Source: Candidatus Methylomirabilia bacterium (lineage in GTDB: Bacteria; Methylomirabilota; Methylomirabilia; Rokubacteriales; CSP1-6). From it: a stretch of 10,363 nucleotides of DNA. This document shows positions 7,315 through 10,363 of the stretch, one piece after another. Position 1 is the first letter of the stretch, and each line of letters begins with the position of its first letter. Both the position numbers and the translations under genes were made by a program. A model generated the notes under the pieces. It was not told the origin of the DNA and made no database searches. It saw nothing but the letters and a program-made list of their open reading frames with translations. The stretch covers positions 1 through 10,363 of the forward strand of contig JBGQHJ010000162.1 of assembly GCA_041497895.1 (NCBI GenBank), written 5' to 3'.

Positions 7315-7797
7315 TCACTCGCCGCGGGGACGTCCGGCGATGACGCTCACGTGCCCGTCCTCCTCGAGGAAGGCGTAGCGGATGTCCGGCACCGAGACCA
7401 CCTCGTGGTGCCGCAGGGCGGCTCGGAGATCCCGCGGCCCCAGGCGCTCGCGCCGCAGGTTCTGCCTCAGGATGCGGCCGTGCCGGACGAGCAAGGTCGG
7501 GGAGTGCTCGACCACGCGATCGGCCCGCTTGAAGCGGAACGTCACGTACGCGACGAGCAGGTTGAGGAGGAGGATGGTGGTCGCCCCGATGAGCCCGCCC
7601 CCGAGGGAGTTGTCGTTGCCGATGACCGCGTTCTGGACCACGTTGCTGATGATGAGGAGCACCACCAGGTCGAAGGCGGTGAGCTGGCCGAGCTGCCGCT
7701 TGCCGCACAGGCGGAAGGCGATCAGGAGAAACCCGTACACCACCACCGAGCGGACGAGTTTCTCGCCCACGCCGATGTCGGGTACCAGGATGTTCAT
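7315..7797 (-). CDS. DUF421 (YetF-like) membrane protein, about 160 aa
   Basis: GKRQLGQLTAFDLVVLLIISN, PTLLVRHGRILRQNLRRERL, AFLEEDGHVSVI match DUF421 motifs. ATG at 7797 preferred over the longer track start at 7863. Confidence 0.9.
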   Translation of the reverse strand: MNILVPDIGVGEKLVRSVVVYGFLLIAFRLCGKRQLGQLTAFDLVVLLIISNVVQNAVIGNDNSLGGGLIGATTILLLNLLVAYVTFRFKRADRVVEHSPTLLVRHGRILRQNLRRERLGPRDLRAALRHHEVVSVPDIRYAFLEEDGHVSVIAGRPRGE

Positions 7798-7856
7798 GTC
7801 GGCCGGCGGCTCCCTGCCCCCAGCATCGCACCCGCCCCGACGGTTCGAAGCCGAAT

Positions 7857-7885
7857 TTGACACCCGGACCCCGCGGCCGTAGGCT
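7857..7885 (+). promoter_or_regulatory. Sigma70 promoter giving a probably leaderless transcript
   Basis: Perfect -35 TTGACA (7857-7862), 17-bp spacer, -10 TAGGCT (7880-7885). ATG 7893 falls at the expected +1 and has no SD. Confidence 0.75.
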
Positions 7886-7892
7886 CGGCGCC

Positions 7893-8183
7893 ATGCTCGG
7901 TGCGCGCACCCTGGTGGCGGTGCTGGTGCTTTTCCACGTGGGGCTGGTCACGGTGGCCACCTTCCACACCGCCGACTTCGCGTGGGTCCCGAGCTACTTC
8001 GACGACGACGACGGCGATTTCCTGCCGCTCCTGCTCTCCGAGCAGATGCCGGCCCTGGTCGACCCCGGCCACGGGTGGACGCCCGCCCTGGTCGTGCTCG
8101 CGGCGATCGTCGCGTGGCGCCCGCCGAGCCGGTCCCGGCTCGCCGCGGCGCGCGTTCGCTTCCGGGCTCCCCCCTGTCTGTAG
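7893..8183 (+). CDS. Putative ribosome-arrest leader peptide (96 aa): signal/TM segment, acidic motif, C-terminal RAPP
   Basis: MLGARTLVAVLVLFHVGLVTVATF (hydrophobic), then WVPSYFDDDDGDF, a second short hydrophobic patch, and RVRFRAPPCL*. RAPP is encoded at 8163-8174. Confidence 0.72.
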   Translation: MLGARTLVAVLVLFHVGLVTVATFHTADFAWVPSYFDDDDGDFLPLLLSEQMPALVDPGHGWTPALVVLAAIVAWRPPSRSRLAAARVRFRAPPCL

Positions 8184-8257
8184 CCTCCTCCCCACGCAGT
8201 GCACGCGGGCGGCTCGCCGCCCACATGGTGGTGGACTCTCGATTCGAGGAGGATGCA
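8179..8257 (+). promoter_or_regulatory. RBS-sequestering stem-loop between the leader ORF and tatA
   Basis: CCTCCTC (8184-8190) is the exact complement of the tatA SD GAGGAGG (8246-8252), extended by TGTA/TGCA (8179-8182/8254-8257). Inner CCAC/GTGG (8192-8195/8231-8234) and a GGGCGG-CTCG-CCGCCC hairpin (8207-8222). Confidence 0.75.
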
Positions 8258-8258
8258 C

Positions 8259-8459
8259 ATGTTCGGACTCGGCGCTCAGGAGTTGATGCTGATCCTGCTC
8301 ATCGCGCTGGTGCTGTTCGGCGGCTCGAAGATCCCCGATCTGGGCCGGTCGCTTGGACAGGCGATCCGCGAGTTCAAGAAGGGAGTGGAGGCGCCGGACG
8401 CGACGCCCGAGCCCAAGGAAGCCGCCGATCGCGGCAAGGACGCCGGCTCGTCGCGATAG
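8259..8459 (+). CDS. tatA: Twin-arginine translocase TatA/TatE subunit (66 aa)
   Basis: MFGLGAQELMLILLIALVLFGGSKIPDLGRSLGQAIREFKKG: TM helix, LFG hinge, amphipathic helix with conserved F. SD GAGGAGG 6 nt before ATG 8259. Confidence 0.96.
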   Translation: MFGLGAQELMLILLIALVLFGGSKIPDLGRSLGQAIREFKKGVEAPDATPEPKEAADRGKDAGSSR

Positions 8460-8488
8460 CCCGCGCCGCGGCGGATGGCCGCGAATGC

Positions 8489-8518
8489 TTGACACCCGGG
8501 CGCCTCCCCCTCTAGCGT
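8489..8518 (+). promoter_or_regulatory. Probable internal sigma70 promoter for the transporter gene
   Basis: TTGACA (8489-8494), 18-bp spacer, TAGCGT (8513-8518), 22 nt before GTG 8541. Confidence 0.6.
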
Positions 8519-8540
8519 AAGTGATCCAGAGGCGGCTCGG

Positions 8541-10361
8541 GTGAAGATCAGCGCGGTCAAGAAGCTGTTCGTCGGGTCGCCGCTGGCCACCGCCCAGGCG
8601 CGGCACGAGCGGCTCTCCAAGGCCTCCGCGCTCGCGGTCTTCTCCTCCGACGCGCTCTCCTCGGTGGCGTACGCCACCGAGGAGGTCCTGCTGATCCTGG
8701 TGCTCGCGGGCACCGCCGCGCTCAGCTACTCGATCCCGATCGGCATCGCGATCGTCGTGCTCATCGCGGTGGTGGTGAGCTCGTACCGCCAGACGATCCT
8801 CGCCTACCCGCAGGGCGGCGGCGCCTACATCGTCACCAAGGACAACCTCGGCACCCTGCCCGGCCTGATCGCCGCGGGGGCGTTGCTCATCGACTACGTG
8901 CTCACGGTGGCGGTGAGTGTCGCGGCCGGCGTGGCCGCGATCACCTCCGCGTTCCCCGCGCTCTACGACTATCGCATCCCCCTCGGCGTGCTCTTCATCG
9001 CCGGCATCGCGACCGTCAACCTGCGGGGCCTGCGCGAGTCGGGCGCACTCTTCGCGGTACCGACGTACCTGTTCGTGGTCAGCTTCGCGAGCATGCTCGC
9101 CTACGGGCTCGTGCGCTGGCTGATCGGGTGGGAGAGCGTTCCCCCGCCCACCCAGGCGACGGTGGAGATGAGCCAAGAGCTGACGATCTTCCTGGTCCTC
9201 CGCGCCTTCGCGTCCGGCTGCGCGGCGCTCACCGGGGTGGAGGCGGTCTCGGACGGCGTGCCCGCGTTCCGTCATCCGGAGGCGCGCAACGCGCGGATCG
9301 TGCTCGCCTGGCTCGGCATCATCCTGATCTCGCTGTTCATGGGCATCACCTTCCTGGCCCGCCACTACCAGGTGCTGCCCCGCCCGGAGGAGACGGTCGT
9401 CTCCCAGCTGGCCCGCCTGATCTTCGGAGGGGGGCTGCTCTACTACGAGATCCAGGTCGTCACCATGCTGATCCTGGTCTTCGCGGCCAACACCGCGTTC
9501 GCCGACTTCCCCCGGCTCGCCTTTTTCCTCGCCCGCGACGGCTTCATCCCCCGGCAGTTCGGCACCCGCGGCGACCGCCTCGTCTTCTCCAACGGCATCC
9601 TGATCCTCGGCGGCCTGGCCGCGCTCCTGATCGTGCTCTTCGGCGGCGCCACCCACGCCCTGATCCCGCTCTACGCGGTCGGGGTCTTCGTCTCCTTCAC
9701 CCTCTCCCAGGCGAGCATGGTGCGGCGCTGGCTCTCCCGACGCGAGCCGGGCTGGTGGTGGCGATGGGTGCTCAACGCGGTCGGGGCCGCCACCACCGGG
9801 CTCGTCATGCTGGTGATCGCGGCCACGAAGTTCAGCCACGGCGCGTGGATGGTGGTGCTGCTCATCCCGTTGCTGGTCGCGCTGTTCATGATGATCCGCC
9901 GCCACTACGCCGACGTGGCGCGGCAGCTCTCCCTCGACAACTACGGGGGCCCACCGCCGATCGACCACTCGGTGCTGGTGCTGGTGGGTGACCTGCACCG
10001 GGGCGTCGCGGCGGCGCTGCGGTACGCGCAGACCCTGTCCGCGTCCGCGAAGGCGGTGTACGTCGAGCTCGATCCGGATCGGACCCAGAAACTCGAGGAG
10101 AAGTGGGGCAAGTTCGGGCTGGGGGTGCCGCTCGTGGTACTGACCTCGCCGTACCGGTCCCTCCTCACGCCCTTCCTCGACTACGTCAACCATCTGCTGG
10201 CGGTGGGGCAGAACCACGTGGTCACCATCGTGATCCCGGAGTTCGTGCCCGCCCGCTGGTGGCAGCACCTGCTCCACAACCAGACCGCTCTGCTCATCAA
10301 GGGCGCCCTGCTCTTCCGCAAGGGCGTCGTCGTGGTCGACGTCCCGTTCCACCTCCGGTAG
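8541..10361 (+). CDS. APC-superfamily transporter, KimA/YdaO-like probable K+/H+ symporter (606 aa)
   Basis: SSDALSSVAY, SYRQTILAYPQGGGAYIV, LIDYVLTVAVS, GCAALTGVEAVS, RGDRLVFSNGI, LIPLYAVGVF and C-terminal SPYRS/LLHNQT agree with B. subtilis KimA as recalled; similar length. Confidence 0.9.
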   Translation: MKISAVKKLFVGSPLATAQARHERLSKASALAVFSSDALSSVAYATEEVLLILVLAGTAALSYSIPIGIAIVVLIAVVVSSYRQTILAYPQGGGAYIVTKDNLGTLPGLIAAGALLIDYVLTVAVSVAAGVAAITSAFPALYDYRIPLGVLFIAGIATVNLRGLRESGALFAVPTYLFVVSFASMLAYGLVRWLIGWESVPPPTQATVEMSQELTIFLVLRAFASGCAALTGVEAVSDGVPAFRHPEARNARIVLAWLGIILISLFMGITFLARHYQVLPRPEETVVSQLARLIFGGGLLYYEIQVVTMLILVFAANTAFADFPRLAFFLARDGFIPRQFGTRGDRLVFSNGILILGGLAALLIVLFGGATHALIPLYAVGVFVSFTLSQASMVRRWLSRREPGWWWRWVLNAVGAATTGLVMLVIAATKFSHGAWMVVLLIPLLVALFMMIRRHYADVARQLSLDNYGGPPPIDHSVLVLVGDLHRGVAAALRYAQTLSASAKAVYVELDPDRTQKLEEKWGKFGLGVPLVVLTSPYRSLLTPFLDYVNHLLAVGQNHVVTIVIPEFVPARWWQHLLHNQTALLIKGALLFRKGVVVVDVPFHLR

Positions 10362-10363
10362 GG

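Noticed and set aside
7857..7892. Longer leader start (TTG 7857) giving GRRLG, a possible twin-arginine signal
   Set aside because: The TTG is part of the -35 box, has no SD, and the sequence does not fit S/T-R-R-x-F-L-K.
7794..10352. 852-aa minus-strand ORF, and similar long antisense ORFs 962-2254, 2056-3996, 3602-4975
   Set aside because: Shadows of well-identified plus-strand genes, expected from high GC3 codon bias; no recognisable motifs.

Overview
High-GC bacterial chromosomal segment. The lineage cannot be fixed from sequence alone; composition and gene content would fit Rokubacteria/Methylomirabilota, but that is a guess. Gene order: 3' end of groEL and a terminator; an rpsF-ssb-rpsR-rplI-dnaB operon running into a sigma54 enhancer-binding protein with an N-terminal Rossmann (BkdR-like) domain; an AT-rich region with a candidate -24/-12 promoter, IHF-like sites and three related dyad sites; two tiny paralogous B-box-like Cys-rich ORFs and a short, haloarchaeal-type isocitrate lyase; convergent dedA and DUF421 genes on the minus strand; then a 96-aa ORF ending in RAPP, a tatA without tatB/tatC in the window, and a KimA-like K+ transporter. 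The best candidate for an undescribed system is the RAPP ORF. It is apparently leaderless, has a signal/TM segment and an acidic DDDDGD motif, and a perfect anti-SD right after its stop can sequester the tatA RBS. That is the layout of a SecM/ApdA-type ribosome-arrest sensor, here controlling a Tat component. The ribosomal operon also shows unusual initiation: rpsR appears to start at ATT (missed by the ORF track), rpsF at CTG, and rplI via a 6-aa uORF created by a tandem duplication.
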